A stretch of DNA of 64,000 nt from Candidatus Nezhaarchaeales archaeon (lineage in GTDB: Archaea; Thermoproteota; Methanomethylicia; Nezhaarchaeales; WYZ-LMO8). A program made the translations under genes and the position numbers. Positions within the stretch are counted from its first letter, which is position 1. Each line of letters starts with the position of its first letter. This document shows, in pieces, positions 1 through 9,831 of the stretch. The notes below the pieces were generated by a model, which was given only the letters and a program-made list of their open reading frames with translations, had not been told where the DNA came from and ran no database searches. The stretch spans positions 710,205 to 774,204 of the forward strand of contig JAWAKK010000001.1 in assembly GCA_038887515.1 (NCBI GenBank), given 5' to 3'.

Positions 1-1530
1 ATATACTGTTCCAACATAGTACGTGCAGAAAAAGGCTTTACATACGTTTTCGAAGTAGACGCTGAAGGGTATACTAGCGTTACGGTCCTTTTTTACGACA
101 ATAAAAATGGCAGTTCTTGGCTTCTAGTCCCTAAAGCTCAGAGAGAGGACATAAGCCTTATGGTGAACGAAGGTAGGCTAGTTAATGTAACGTACAGGAG
201 CCTAGTAGAGAAGGGAAAGGAAGATCCATTCTACGTAATCATGGAGTTCGAGTACGAGGCTTCTAGGATAGCCAACATAACCATAAGGTACTTTATGGAA
301 CATGGAGCGCTTATAATAGAGCCTAAGGCCGTATTTATTTCTCCTAGGGTCACTCATGAAGGACCTACGACTACTAGAGTGCTTGTCCACTTACCAAGCT
401 ACGCTACTGTTTCAAGAAGTAGAGTCTCTTCCTTTTCAGGGTTTATTAGAAATGTTGAAGTAATCGAAGGAAAAGGCTGTACCATCGTTGGCGCTATTGT
501 AGGGCCTGACGATAGGATAGTAGTGGAATACACAGTTCCCTTTAAAGGTAACATCACACATTTGACTGCCAACAACTTCACCTTCAGAACGGCTTCTAGA
601 TACCTAAGGTACGCTTACGATGTCCTTGAAACCTTAAACGATTGTTATCCGATTTATGAGAAACTCTTTGAAAACAAGCTATACAACGTAGAGGTAGAGT
701 TCTTTGTTCCATCGATAGAAGAGCTAATGTTAGGAATTGAAGGGTATGTACCCTTTTTAGGCGACAAATTGGGGGCTATTCACTTGAACCTCCTTTACAT
801 CCGAGGAGTTAAGGGTTTTATGGATATAATAGCAATGCATGAACTGGCTCACCACTTTCTATGGAGTATAGGAGTACCACCGTCAAAACTGTGGATTCAT
901 GAAGGGATTGCTGAGTACATAAGCCTAGCTTTAGGGCTACAGAGGGACTACTACGATGCTGTTGAAATTCACGAAAGCTTATTAACGACTGTTTGGAACA
1001 AAATGGACAACTACTTAGGCTTCATTCAGAAGTGGACCCCCTTTTACGTGCCATCGCAAGATCTTAGGTTATGTTATGCTGCCTCTTATTACATTTTCAA
1101 GACACTTTGTGATAGATATGGAGGTTTAGAGTACTTGAAGTCGCTCTTCAAAGCATTTAGGGACATCGATTGGAACAACGATACCCAAGTTATCGAGGCC
1201 TTCGGCATAGCTGCCGGTGATGTAAACGAAGTATTTAAGCTATTTCGCGAATGGGGATTTGAACTTGAAGAATCTTCGCAGCTAGTCCCAAGCCTCTCCA
1301 AAGTTAAGAGAAACGTTTCAGGCATGCCCACCTGGCTTAAACCATATAGGGACATTGCCCAAGCAGTTATTAATGTTGCCGAAGTGTTTCAACAGTACGA
1401 CCTGCCATACCTAAAGATGTTAGCGGTTAAGACTTCGCAAATAATATGCGAGACGAGTTGGGCACTTGCGGCCTTAAGCTTCATAATAGTTATAACGACC
1501 TTGGTCATATTAGTGAGGAGGTCGGCTTAA
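1..1530 (+). CDS. Membrane-anchored protein with HEXXH zinc-metallopeptidase motif (5' end truncated by window edge)
   Basis: Frame 1 is open from nt 1 with no stop, so the ORF starts upstream of the window. HELAHH (HEXXH) motif near nt 835-860. Hydrophobic C-terminal segment ALAALSFIIVITTLVILV suggests a TM anchor. No family recognised with confidence. Confidence 0.4.
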   Translation: MYCSNIVRAEKGFTYVFEVDAEGYTSVTVLFYDNKNGSSWLLVPKAQREDISLMVNEGRLVNVTYRSLVEKGKEDPFYVIMEFEYEASRIANITIRYFMEHGALIIEPKAVFISPRVTHEGPTTTRVLVHLPSYATVSRSRVSSFSGFIRNVEVIEGKGCTIVGAIVGPDDRIVVEYTVPFKGNITHLTANNFTFRTASRYLRYAYDVLETLNDCYPIYEKLFENKLYNVEVEFFVPSIEELMLGIEGYVPFLGDKLGAIHLNLLYIRGVKGFMDIIAMHELAHHFLWSIGVPPSKLWIHEGIAEYISLALGLQRDYYDAVEIHESLLTTVWNKMDNYLGFIQKWTPFYVPSQDLRLCYAASYYIFKTLCDRYGGLEYLKSLFKAFRDIDWNNDTQVIEAFGIAAGDVNEVFKLFREWGFELEESSQLVPSLSKVKRNVSGMPTWLKPYRDIAQAVINVAEVFQQYDLPYLKMLAVKTSQIICETSWALAALSFIIVITTLVILVRRSA

Positions 1531-1700
1531 GTCCCAGCCTTGTAGGAGGCTTCATGACAGTTTTCGACGGACTTAAATAGCTTTTCTAAACTTTAGAGCC
1601 CCTATGGGGGTTATAGATACTTACGCAATTATCAAAGACACCTTCGCCTCCACGCAATTAATATATCTTCTAGGCAAGAAGAAAAGTTTAGAGGTTCATC

Positions 1701-2936
1701 ATGGATCCTAGGAAGTTCAGGTACATAAGACTTGAAGAGGCCTTGAAAAAGATAGACGAGTGCATCAGGGTTACACTACCAGCGGAAGAAGTCAGGATCT
1801 GTGAGGCATATAACAGGTTCTTAGCAGAAGATGTAGTATCGAAAATCGATCTTCCCCCGCACGACGTAGCTCACTTTGACGGCTACGCCTTGAGGAGCCG
1901 TGATGTTGCCTGTGCCTCACCGGTTAACCCTGTAAAGCTGAAGATAAAGGCCAAGATCTTCCCATCATCGGCTGAGGCGCTGAGCATAGGCGCAGGAGAG
2001 GCAGCTTATGTTGCTACTGGTGCTATCATGCCCCTTGGAGCCGACAGCGTTTTACCAATAGAGGCGGCATTGGTTAAAGAGGGTCATGTAGAGGTAAAGT
2101 ATGCAGTTAAGCCAGGAGATCACATTATAAGGGCTGGCAGCGACGTTAAGCAAGGCGACTTGATCCTAAAGAGGGGGCATAGACTTAGGGGGCAGGATAT
2201 AGCTTTCCTAGCACTCGTAGGCTACTCTCAGGTGAAAGTCTCTTCAATGCCTAAGGTATGCATAATGCCTATAGGCGATGAGCTTACCGAAGACTACGGT
2301 ACTTTGAAGCCTGGAAAAGTTCCTTGTAGTCATACTTTAATGATTAGTAGCTTCGTCCTGAGAGATGGCGGAATACCAGTTTATCAAGGCATAGTACCAG
2401 ACGACGCGAATGCTATAAGTGAAGCGATAGCTAAAGCCTCTGCTAGGTTCGACGTTATATTGACTATAAGTGGTGCGTCGAGAGGCGAGAAGGACTTAGT
2501 CTGCGAAGCTATGTCGAGGATTGAAGGGGCGAACATCGTATTTCATGGAGTAATGACAAGGCCTGGCCGACAAACTGGGTTTGCCTTAATAAGAGGGAAG
2601 CCATTAATCATGCTACCAGGTTTATCGCATTCAACCATAGTAGGTTACCAACTAATAGCTAGAAGAGCTATTTCTAGGCTTATGGGCATAGAGGTAGACG
2701 ATTTACCGTTAAAAGCGAGAATAGCCTGCAACTTAGAGCTTCCTCCTCCAAAGGGGTTTAAAAGGATAGTTTTCGTTAGGCTTGAGAACTACGGCGATTA
2801 CTATAGAGCCTGGCCGCTAAAGGGAGAGTCGGCCCTTGCAAGCATACCGGTTAAAGGTCATGGCTACGTTATCTTTAACGAAGGGTTGGAGCGTGTGAAT
2901 GAAGGTTCTATAGTAGACGTTCACTTGCTATATTGA
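1701..2936 (+). CDS. moeA: Molybdopterin molybdenumtransferase MoeA
   Basis: 411 aa. MoeA-like N-terminal and MoCF-binding core (GDHIIRAGSDVKQGD, ISGASRGEKD, PGRQTGFALI...MLPG). Confidence 0.85.
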   Translation: MDPRKFRYIRLEEALKKIDECIRVTLPAEEVRICEAYNRFLAEDVVSKIDLPPHDVAHFDGYALRSRDVACASPVNPVKLKIKAKIFPSSAEALSIGAGEAAYVATGAIMPLGADSVLPIEAALVKEGHVEVKYAVKPGDHIIRAGSDVKQGDLILKRGHRLRGQDIAFLALVGYSQVKVSSMPKVCIMPIGDELTEDYGTLKPGKVPCSHTLMISSFVLRDGGIPVYQGIVPDDANAISEAIAKASARFDVILTISGASRGEKDLVCEAMSRIEGANIVFHGVMTRPGRQTGFALIRGKPLIMLPGLSHSTIVGYQLIARRAISRLMGIEVDDLPLKARIACNLELPPPKGFKRIVFVRLENYGDYYRAWPLKGESALASIPVKGHGYVIFNEGLERVNEGSIVDVHLLY

Positions 2937-2989
2937 TGATAGACAAGCTTATATGAATCATGAGTATTGCGGAGTATAGGGATTAAACC

Positions 2990-3739
2990 TTGAAGCTGGC
3001 CGTTTCGGGAAAAGGTGGTTGCGGTAAAAGCACTATCGTGGCGCTACTTTCCAAGGTCTTCGTAGAGATGGGCTTTAAGGTCTTGGTCGTAGACGCGGAC
3101 GAATCTAACGTAGGTTTGTTGAAGATGCTCGGCCTAGAGAACGTAAAATCATTGGTCGAAGTTTACGGCGGTCGAATAGGATTAAAAGCGGCCTTAGACA
3201 GAGGACTAGAGTTCCTACCGGACGTCAACGCCATAACTGCAGGTGAAGGCAAGCTAAGGGCTGTTAGAGTTGGCAAGATAGAGCGTGGTGGCGAGGGATG
3301 TGCATGTATATTCGGCATTCTAACTAAGGAAGTATTGAGCAAGCTGACGAGTTCAGGAGACGAGATCGTCCTGATAGACATGGAGGCTGGGGTCGAACAC
3401 TTGGGTAGAGGAATTGATCAAGTAGTTGACGCGATCCTCTTCGTAGTGGACCCAACGCTCGACTCTATAGTGCTTGCAGAGAGAGCGAACAAAATGGCTG
3501 CAGAACTAGGAGTGTCCAAGTTCATGGTCGTGCTAAATAAGATAGACTCAGAAACTGCAGAGGTGGTCCAAAGCAGATTACTAGGCTTGGGCGTTAAGAT
3601 TATTGGAAAGATTCGTTACGACCCCGAGGTCGTCAGGTCTGCGCTACTAGGCGAGACTATTAGAGCCCGTACAGCAATGGTTGACGCAGTTAATTTAGCC
3701 AAGGCAATTTTAGAGGAGTTAAGATATGGGATTAGTTGA
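2990..3739 (+). CDS. CooC/MinD-family P-loop ATPase (metal-centre maturation ATPase-like)
   Basis: Deviant Walker A GKGGCGKST at the N-terminus. ~250 aa. ParA/CooC-like architecture. TTG start. Confidence 0.65.
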   Translation: MKLAVSGKGGCGKSTIVALLSKVFVEMGFKVLVVDADESNVGLLKMLGLENVKSLVEVYGGRIGLKAALDRGLEFLPDVNAITAGEGKLRAVRVGKIERGGEGCACIFGILTKEVLSKLTSSGDEIVLIDMEAGVEHLGRGIDQVVDAILFVVDPTLDSIVLAERANKMAAELGVSKFMVVLNKIDSETAEVVQSRLLGLGVKIIGKIRYDPEVVRSALLGETIRARTAMVDAVNLAKAILEELRYGIS

Positions 3740-4508
3740 GGAACTAATTAATACCTTACTTACATTGAAGCCAGAAAATGGTGAGATTAGAGCTGAGAAG
3801 GTAATCATAGGCTTAGGATACACGTGCGTTCTAACAGAGAATGGGTACATAGGGTTATGTCAGACTTTACTGGGAGAGTTAAATGTCCGTTGTTGCAGGA
3901 TAGGAAACAAAGCCGGCACCCTTGCAGGTTCGAAGATGAGAGACCTAGTAGAGCTATCAAAATCGTGGGATTTAGGTGAAAGGATCGTGGGGGTTGCATC
4001 AATCAATGCTCTCTCAGCGCCCTACATAGCTGAAAGCAAAGGGGTTAAGCTTCTGAAGGGGAACCTAGTAAATTACATTGACCTTAGGAAGGGGGATCTA
4101 GTGGTCATGGTCGGAAACATGAGACCCTTTAAGGAGCCCATAAAGGAGAAGGGCTGCAACCTCATCGTTCTTGAGAGGAGCCCCCATCTAATGGACGATG
4201 ATACTTTTCCAGACCTAGCTGCTGAGGACGTTGTCCCTAAAGCTGACGTCCTAATAATCTCCGGTACGAGCATAGCTAACGGAACTATAGATAGACTGCT
4301 GAAATTAGCTAAGAGAGCTAGGGAGATAGCTTTGACAGGGCCTTCAGCGAGCGCTTGTCCTAAAGTACTATTCGACAACGGTATTACAGTGATAGGTTGT
4401 GTAAGGGTACTCGAGCCCTTCATGGTTGTTAAAGTTGTAAGCGAGGGGGGCGGAACATTAGCTTTAAAGCCCTACCTCGAACAAGTGGTTTTGAGGCCTA
4501 GTAGTTAA
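3726..4508 (+). CDS. DUF4213/DUF364-family protein (putative Rossmann-like heavy-metal chelation domain)
   Basis: 260 aa. Overlaps the preceding CooC-like gene by 14 nt (translational coupling). Sequence pattern recognised as DUF364-like from memory; not verified. Confidence 0.5.
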   Translation: MGLVEELINTLLTLKPENGEIRAEKVIIGLGYTCVLTENGYIGLCQTLLGELNVRCCRIGNKAGTLAGSKMRDLVELSKSWDLGERIVGVASINALSAPYIAESKGVKLLKGNLVNYIDLRKGDLVVMVGNMRPFKEPIKEKGCNLIVLERSPHLMDDDTFPDLAAEDVVPKADVLIISGTSIANGTIDRLLKLAKRAREIALTGPSASACPKVLFDNGITVIGCVRVLEPFMVVKVVSEGGGTLALKPYLEQVVLRPSS

Positions 4509-4539
4509 CTTTTTAAAGTTAAAGAGAAAGCTATCGACC

Positions 4540-5916
4540 GTGAATAGAGAAGACGTACTTTTATCACTTAAAAGCCTAGGTCTAACAGAGTACGAAAGTA
4601 GGGTTTACTTAGCCCTTATAGACCTCGGAAGGGCCAAGGCGAGAGATATAAGCGATGTCACATCTATAGCATATCCCAAAGTCTATAGTGTTCTGAACGA
4701 TTTAAAGGAGAAGGGCTTTGTTGAAGAGGAGTTGGGAAGGCCTAAATACTTTAGGCCCGTTAATCCCACTAAGGCCATTAAGAACTACGTCGAAGAAAAA
4801 GTATTCATTCTAAAGGATGTGGCAGAAAAGGTTCTAAGGGTTTTAGCTAATAGGTTTGAAGCTTCAACCAGCGAGAAGAATAGGACCCTTGTATTACAGA
4901 ATAAGCGGAGCGTCTTAGATAAGCTAAAAGATCTAATACTTAATGCTGGTAGAGAGGTTCTCATTTCGGCTCCGAGCTTTGAAGTTCTAGGGATTAAAGC
5001 CTTATTTCTTGATTTGAACGCCGCCAAGAGAAGGGGCGTCGATGTTAGGATATTAACATCTACATCAACGTCGAAAAAGGATGTAGAGAAAGTTATGGAA
5101 GTAGCTGACGTCAGAATTAAAGAGGGCCTTGAAAGTTACTACGTCATAACAGATGCCGGGTCTCTACTCATATCTGGCAAGCTTGATGATCTTAGGGCCA
5201 TACTAATTACAGATGAGCTTGGTGTAAAGCCAACGCGCGAGCATTTCAACTATACTTGGTTTGAAGCTATACCTGCTACAATATACTTGGGATTTAAGAG
5301 CGTTGAACGAGGAGTTATAGTTCTAGCTGGCGGTATGAGTAAACGCATGGGGAGAGATAAGACCTTACTCCCAGTTAAGGGTGTCCCGATGATTAGGAGG
5401 GTTACCGATGTAGCATTAAGTGTTGCAGGCGAAGTCGTAATCGTTACGGGTAGCCGAAGGATGGCGATGAACCTAAGCAGTGCCGTTGGAAAAGAAGTTA
5501 CGATAGTTGAGGACGAAGAAAGGGGTTGGGGGCCTATAATGGGCATACTAACTGGTTGTAAGAAAGCACGTGCTGAATACGTGGCTGTCGTTCCCTGCGA
5601 TGCACCTTTCTTGAATCCTAAAGTGATATTAGAGTTATTCAAAAGGGCTGAAGGACATGACGCTGCCATTCCTAGATGGCCCAATGGTTACTTAGAGCCA
5701 CTTCACTCCGTGTACCGAAGACAATCCGTATTAGAGGTGGCACAGAAACTCGTTGATAAAGGCTCTAGGTCGATACTTCACTTAATAGAGAACTTAAACG
5801 ACGTTGTCTACGTTCCAGTAGAGGAACTTAAGCTCATAGACGAAAAGCTGTTGACCTTCTTTAACGTCAACACGCCTAGGGACCTGTTGATGGCCGAGGC
5901 TATGGACATTTCATGA
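4540..5916 (+). CDS. mobA: TrmB-family HTH transcriptional regulator fused to MobA (molybdenum cofactor guanylyltransferase)
   Basis: N-terminal ~100 aa matches the TrmB wHTH (LGLTEYESRVYLALIDLGRAKARDIS). Middle ~140 aa is TrmB C-domain-like. C-terminal ~210 aa is MobA (VLAGGMSKRMGRDKTLLPVKG...VVPCDAPF). Single uninterrupted ORF. Confidence 0.75.
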   Translation: MNREDVLLSLKSLGLTEYESRVYLALIDLGRAKARDISDVTSIAYPKVYSVLNDLKEKGFVEEELGRPKYFRPVNPTKAIKNYVEEKVFILKDVAEKVLRVLANRFEASTSEKNRTLVLQNKRSVLDKLKDLILNAGREVLISAPSFEVLGIKALFLDLNAAKRRGVDVRILTSTSTSKKDVEKVMEVADVRIKEGLESYYVITDAGSLLISGKLDDLRAILITDELGVKPTREHFNYTWFEAIPATIYLGFKSVERGVIVLAGGMSKRMGRDKTLLPVKGVPMIRRVTDVALSVAGEVVIVTGSRRMAMNLSSAVGKEVTIVEDEERGWGPIMGILTGCKKARAEYVAVVPCDAPFLNPKVILELFKRAEGHDAAIPRWPNGYLEPLHSVYRRQSVLEVAQKLVDKGSRSILHLIENLNDVVYVPVEELKLIDEKLLTFFNVNTPRDLLMAEAMDIS

Positions 5917-6436
5917 AACTTTCTACTGCTCTAAGTAGTTTTTCTTCATCTCGCGGAAGTACTAAACAGTCGGCCCCCAGATATTGAAATTCGAGTAATC
6001 TTTGATTAAATGTACAGAAAGCTATTATTGGCGGCTCCGTTCCTTCGACCCTACACTTAAGGTCGTCGAGATCCTTAAAGGCTATAATCTTGCCGACATC
6101 GGTTCTCCTAGCAACAAGCCTATGGAAGCCTTCTATGACCACAACATCTATCTCTGCCATTTCAACAAGCTTTAAGACCTCTTCAAGCTTTTCAGGTTCT
6201 CCTCTAGTTCTTAATATTGTACCCGCCTCTGATGGAGAAAGATAGGCGGTTACCTTAGCCCCTGCAACCCTGTGCCTCCATGTGTCGCTACCCTCTTTAT
6301 CGATTGTAAAGCCGATGTGATGTATGTGCTTTATTGCGCCGACAGCAAAACCAAGCTTCGTAAGGTACCTTATTACTATCTCCGCAATGCTGGTTTTGCC
6401 CGATTTCTTGCTCCCAATTATGGCTATTTTTTTCAT
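5900..6436 (-). CDS. mobB: Molybdopterin-guanine dinucleotide biosynthesis adapter MobB
   Basis: 178 aa. P-loop GSKKSGKTS. MobB-like sequence (IAIIGSKKSGKTSIAE...AIKHIHH). Overlaps the 3' end of mobA convergently. Confidence 0.8.
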   Translation of the reverse strand: MKKIAIIGSKKSGKTSIAEIVIRYLTKLGFAVGAIKHIHHIGFTIDKEGSDTWRHRVAGAKVTAYLSPSEAGTILRTRGEPEKLEEVLKLVEMAEIDVVVIEGFHRLVARRTDVGKIIAFKDLDDLKCRVEGTEPPIIAFCTFNQRLLEFQYLGADCLVLPRDEEKLLRAVESFMKCP

Positions 6437-6583
6437 AAACCTCCTTACCCCAAGACTGTAAGCCTGAAAATAAATTCCTTTGGTCTCAGAACCGAGTTAC
6501 TAAGCAAGTTGCCCAAATTTACCTCGTTCATTGAGCTCTTAGGATACCTTAAAAAGCTTTGCTGAGAACACTCATAGTTAGTT

Positions 6584-7567
6584 GTGGTTAGTTGTAAAGG
6601 TGATTTTTCGTTGCTACTTGACAAGTACGGTAGACCAATAACCAACCTCAGGATTACGATAACCCATAGGTGCAATTATAGGTGTTTCTATTGTCACATG
6701 GAGGGGGAAAGGGGGTTTGACGAATTAACAGTCAGTGAAATAGCTAGGCTTGTAAGGATAGGTAAGAGGCTTGGCATGGACAAGGTCAAACTAACTGGAG
6801 GAGAGCCGCTTCTACGTTGCGATGTCGTCGACATCGTTAAGGCTGTAAGCGACGTAAAAGTGGCGGACTTGGCGATGACTACTAATGGGTCGTACTTAAA
6901 TAACCTCGCAACTCAGCTCGTTGAAGCCGGCCTAAAGAGAGTAAACGTCAGCTTACCCTCACTAAAGGAGGAAGTCTTCGAGAAAATAACCGGTGTTAGA
7001 TTGCTCAGCAACGTCATAAATGGCCTCCTCGTAGCCAAGGATTGCGGCTTAAGCCCTATTAAGCTTAACATGGTTCTGCTTAAGGGGCTTAATGACCGTG
7101 AAGTTTGGGATTTGATGGAATTCGCAAGGAGGCACGAGTTCATACTCCAGTTAATAGAGCTAGAGCCCGTAGGCATCGTTGATGAATTCTACAAGACATA
7201 CCATGTAAATCTTGACGATGTCGAGAAATGGCTTGAAAGTAGGGCCGTTAAGGTTGATGAGAGGAAAGCAATGCATAACAGGAGACAGTACGACCTCGGC
7301 GACCTCAAAGTTGAGGTCGTTAAGCCCCTTAACAATCCCGACTTCTGTATGCACTGTACGAGACTTAGGATTACTGTTGATGGAAAGTTAAAGCCCTGCC
7401 TCATGAGAAATGATAATCTAATTGACGTGCTCGGGGCTTTAAGGGGTGGAGCGAGCGATGAAGACCTCGTAAAGCTCTTCATCAAGGCTGTTGAAGTGAG
7501 AGAGCCATACTTCAAAGCTAGCTGCAAAGGAGGGCTTGAGGGATCTGTGAGGGCTAGGAGATGCTGA
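6584..7567 (+). CDS. moaA: GTP 3',8-cyclase MoaA (radical SAM)
   Basis: CNYRCFYC radical-SAM cluster motif (RITITHRCNYRCFYCHMEGE). MoaA C-terminal domain. Start could be GTG 6584 or TTG 6611. Confidence 0.9.
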   Translation: MVSCKGDFSLLLDKYGRPITNLRITITHRCNYRCFYCHMEGERGFDELTVSEIARLVRIGKRLGMDKVKLTGGEPLLRCDVVDIVKAVSDVKVADLAMTTNGSYLNNLATQLVEAGLKRVNVSLPSLKEEVFEKITGVRLLSNVINGLLVAKDCGLSPIKLNMVLLKGLNDREVWDLMEFARRHEFILQLIELEPVGIVDEFYKTYHVNLDDVEKWLESRAVKVDERKAMHNRRQYDLGDLKVEVVKPLNNPDFCMHCTRLRITVDGKLKPCLMRNDNLIDVLGALRGGASDEDLVKLFIKAVEVREPYFKASCKGGLEGSVRARRC

Positions 7568-7674
7568 ATACGTAAGTTGCTAATCTAGACGATGTTTGCG
7601 TAGCATAGACCTCACGAATATGTTAGCTCTGAAATGTTGAGGCGAGAAATCTTTATTGCAGATTACACTTAAGG

Positions 7675-8964
7675 ATGAGACAAGAAAGGGGAAGGATTGT
7701 GAGAATGATAAGGGAAGACTGGAAGAGAGTTTTAAAGCTGACTTCGCCCGAAGAGGCTGCTAAGAAGCTTTTGGAAGTAGTGAAAGTTAAGCCGAGGACT
7801 GAAGAGGTGAGCGTTGTTGATAGTCTCGGTAGGGTTTTGGCTGAAAACATTATAGCCAGCCAAGACGTACCACCTTATGACTGCGCTTGTTTTGAAGGCT
7901 ACGCCGTGAGGTCTAAGGATACTTCAAAGGCTTCTAGAGACTGCCCAGTTAAGTTGAAGGTGATAGGTAAAGTTTTGCCTGAAACACGTGAGCTTCCGAG
8001 GATTAAGGAAGGAGAGGCGGCATTCTTAGTTACTGGAGCACCAATCCCCCCGGGGGCAGACGCTCTCGTAAAAGTTGAGGAGACTAGGTTAGAGGATGGA
8101 TACGTATTGGTATTCAGGAAGATAGAAGAGCTTGAAAACGTTGCTGTTAAAGGTGAGGACATTAAAGCCGGGGAACCAGTACTGCGAAGCGGCCACACCA
8201 TAAGGCCAATAGACGTAGGACTGCTTATGGGGCTAGGGATATCTAAGGTTAAAGTCTACGTAAAGCCGAGGTTCGCTATACTATCTGTTGGAAAAGAACT
8301 TTACCTAAAAAGTTTAGAGACGAAGGACCCTCCACCAAACAACTACGCGTACGTCATTAAAGGTCTGATAGAGGAGCTCGGCGGATTGGCCGATGTGATT
8401 GGCATACTGCCCGATGACGTGGAGGCTGTTAAGGAGGCCATCTTGAAGGCAATTAATGAATACGACGTTTTAATAACCATGGGCAGTTGCAGTATTGGGA
8501 TTAACGATACGGTTCCTGACGCTATAAACGAACTAGGAGAACTAGGGGTAATAGTTCATGGTCTCACACTTAGCCCTGGAAAGCCTGCAGGCTTTGGGGT
8601 TTTAAAGGGAAAGCCTATCATAATGTTGCCCGGCCACATAGTCTCGGCTGTAGCGGCATTTTATTCTTTATGTTTGCCCCTAATAGCTTATCTTACAGGA
8701 AGAACCATGAATAACCTGCTACCCTACGTATACGCTGAGTTTAGGGAGGATGAAGAGCCCTGGGGAGGCTATAGGTTTCTGAGAGCTAGAGTCGAGGACT
8801 TGAACGGCAACTTTGTCGCAAAGCCCATGCACGGAGGGGCGAACGTCATGACTACGTTGCTTAAAGCAAACTATTTCGTATTGTTGCCACCTAAGACTGC
8901 TATCAAGAAGGGCGATAAGTTAAGGCTAACAGCATTAAGTCTCCTAGATTCATTGCCACAATAG
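7675..8964 (+). CDS. moeA: MoeA paralogue (second molybdopterin molybdenumtransferase)
   Basis: 429 aa. Same domain order as ORF 1701-2936 (GEDIKAGEPV, MGSCSIGIND, LSPGKPAGFGVL). Alternative start ATG 7705. Confidence 0.85.
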   Translation: MRQERGRIVRMIREDWKRVLKLTSPEEAAKKLLEVVKVKPRTEEVSVVDSLGRVLAENIIASQDVPPYDCACFEGYAVRSKDTSKASRDCPVKLKVIGKVLPETRELPRIKEGEAAFLVTGAPIPPGADALVKVEETRLEDGYVLVFRKIEELENVAVKGEDIKAGEPVLRSGHTIRPIDVGLLMGLGISKVKVYVKPRFAILSVGKELYLKSLETKDPPPNNYAYVIKGLIEELGGLADVIGILPDDVEAVKEAILKAINEYDVLITMGSCSIGINDTVPDAINELGELGVIVHGLTLSPGKPAGFGVLKGKPIIMLPGHIVSAVAAFYSLCLPLIAYLTGRTMNNLLPYVYAEFREDEEPWGGYRFLRARVEDLNGNFVAKPMHGGANVMTTLLKANYFVLLPPKTAIKKGDKLRLTALSLLDSLPQ

Positions 8965-9015
8965 CGTTGCCCTAAATCCTTTGAAGCACCTTATACCCTA
9001 CATTAATTTCAGGGA

Positions 9016-9831
9016 TTAAACCAATAGTCTTAAGGTTTCGACTATACGATCAAGAAATACCAAGTCTCGAACCCTTGGCGTCAAGCTTAGGCTTATCGGT
9101 GTTACGGATATGTAGCCAGATCTTACAGCCTCAACATCAGTATCTTCATAATCTTTGGGGTACAATGTTATATCCCATCTAGCTATCCTATAGCCTCCCG
9201 GGCAATCTACATGTATATCAGGGTAACCCTTTTTGGATGGGCGAGTCAACTTCACTCCTCTTATGCCGCTTCGATAATCTGGGACATTTATAGAGAGTAC
9301 GTCGATGTCTTCGGGCATCCCGACATCGATTACTAACTTTGCCAATAGCCTTGCAATCTTCGCAGCCAACTTTAAACCGGGATCTCGAAGGAGGCAATTA
9401 CTGATATCGTCGTCAAATTCCCTAGCTATGCAATACGAGATGGCGATCGACGGTATACCGTGTATCGCGGCCTCCATTGCGGCTCCTATCGTCCCTGAGT
9501 TTAAGATATCGTCGACTCCTAAATTAGGTCCAAGGTTTATGCCAGCTACAGCAACATCGGGTTTCTCCTTCAGTATTTTGTGTAACGCTATAAGCACGGC
9601 GTCCGCCGGTGTACCGTCTATTGAATAGGCTTCTCCGCATTGAAGCTTAACCTTCTCGACTTTAACTGCATCGCCAACCGTCAGCGCTTTTCCTATCCCG
9701 CTCCTTTCTCTCTTAGGGCCAACCATTATGCAATCGAATTCTGCACTAAGCTCTTCTTTCAACATCGCTATGCCTGTAGAATGAACTCCGTCATCGTTGA
9801 CCACGAGGGCTAACGGTCTCTTCACGTTCAA
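9016..9831 (-). CDS. surE: 5'/3'-nucleotidase SurE
   Basis: N-terminal LVVNDDGVHSTGI motif and overall SurE length and signature. Confidence 0.85.
   Translation of the reverse strand: MNVKRPLALVVNDDGVHSTGIAMLKEELSAEFDCIMVGPKRERSGIGKALTVGDAVKVEKVKLQCGEAYSIDGTPADAVLIALHKILKEKPDVAVAGINLGPNLGVDDILNSGTIGAAMEAAIHGIPSIAISYCIAREFDDDISNCLLRDPGLKLAAKIARLLAKLVIDVGMPEDIDVLSINVPDYRSGIRGVKLTRPSKKGYPDIHVDCPGGYRIARWDITLYPKDYEDTDVEAVRSGYISVTPISLSLTPRVRDLVFLDRIVETLRLLV

Noticed and set aside
202-581. Antisense ORFs 202-390 and 399-581 (and many similar 60-140-aa ORFs in the track nested in or opposite to long genes, e.g. 5250-5684, 12760-13170, 17268-17675, 58047-58454)
   Set aside because: They are fully embedded in or antisense to well-supported longer genes. 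They have low-complexity Ser/Thr/Leu-rich translations and no recognisable motifs, so they are typical spurious ORFs.
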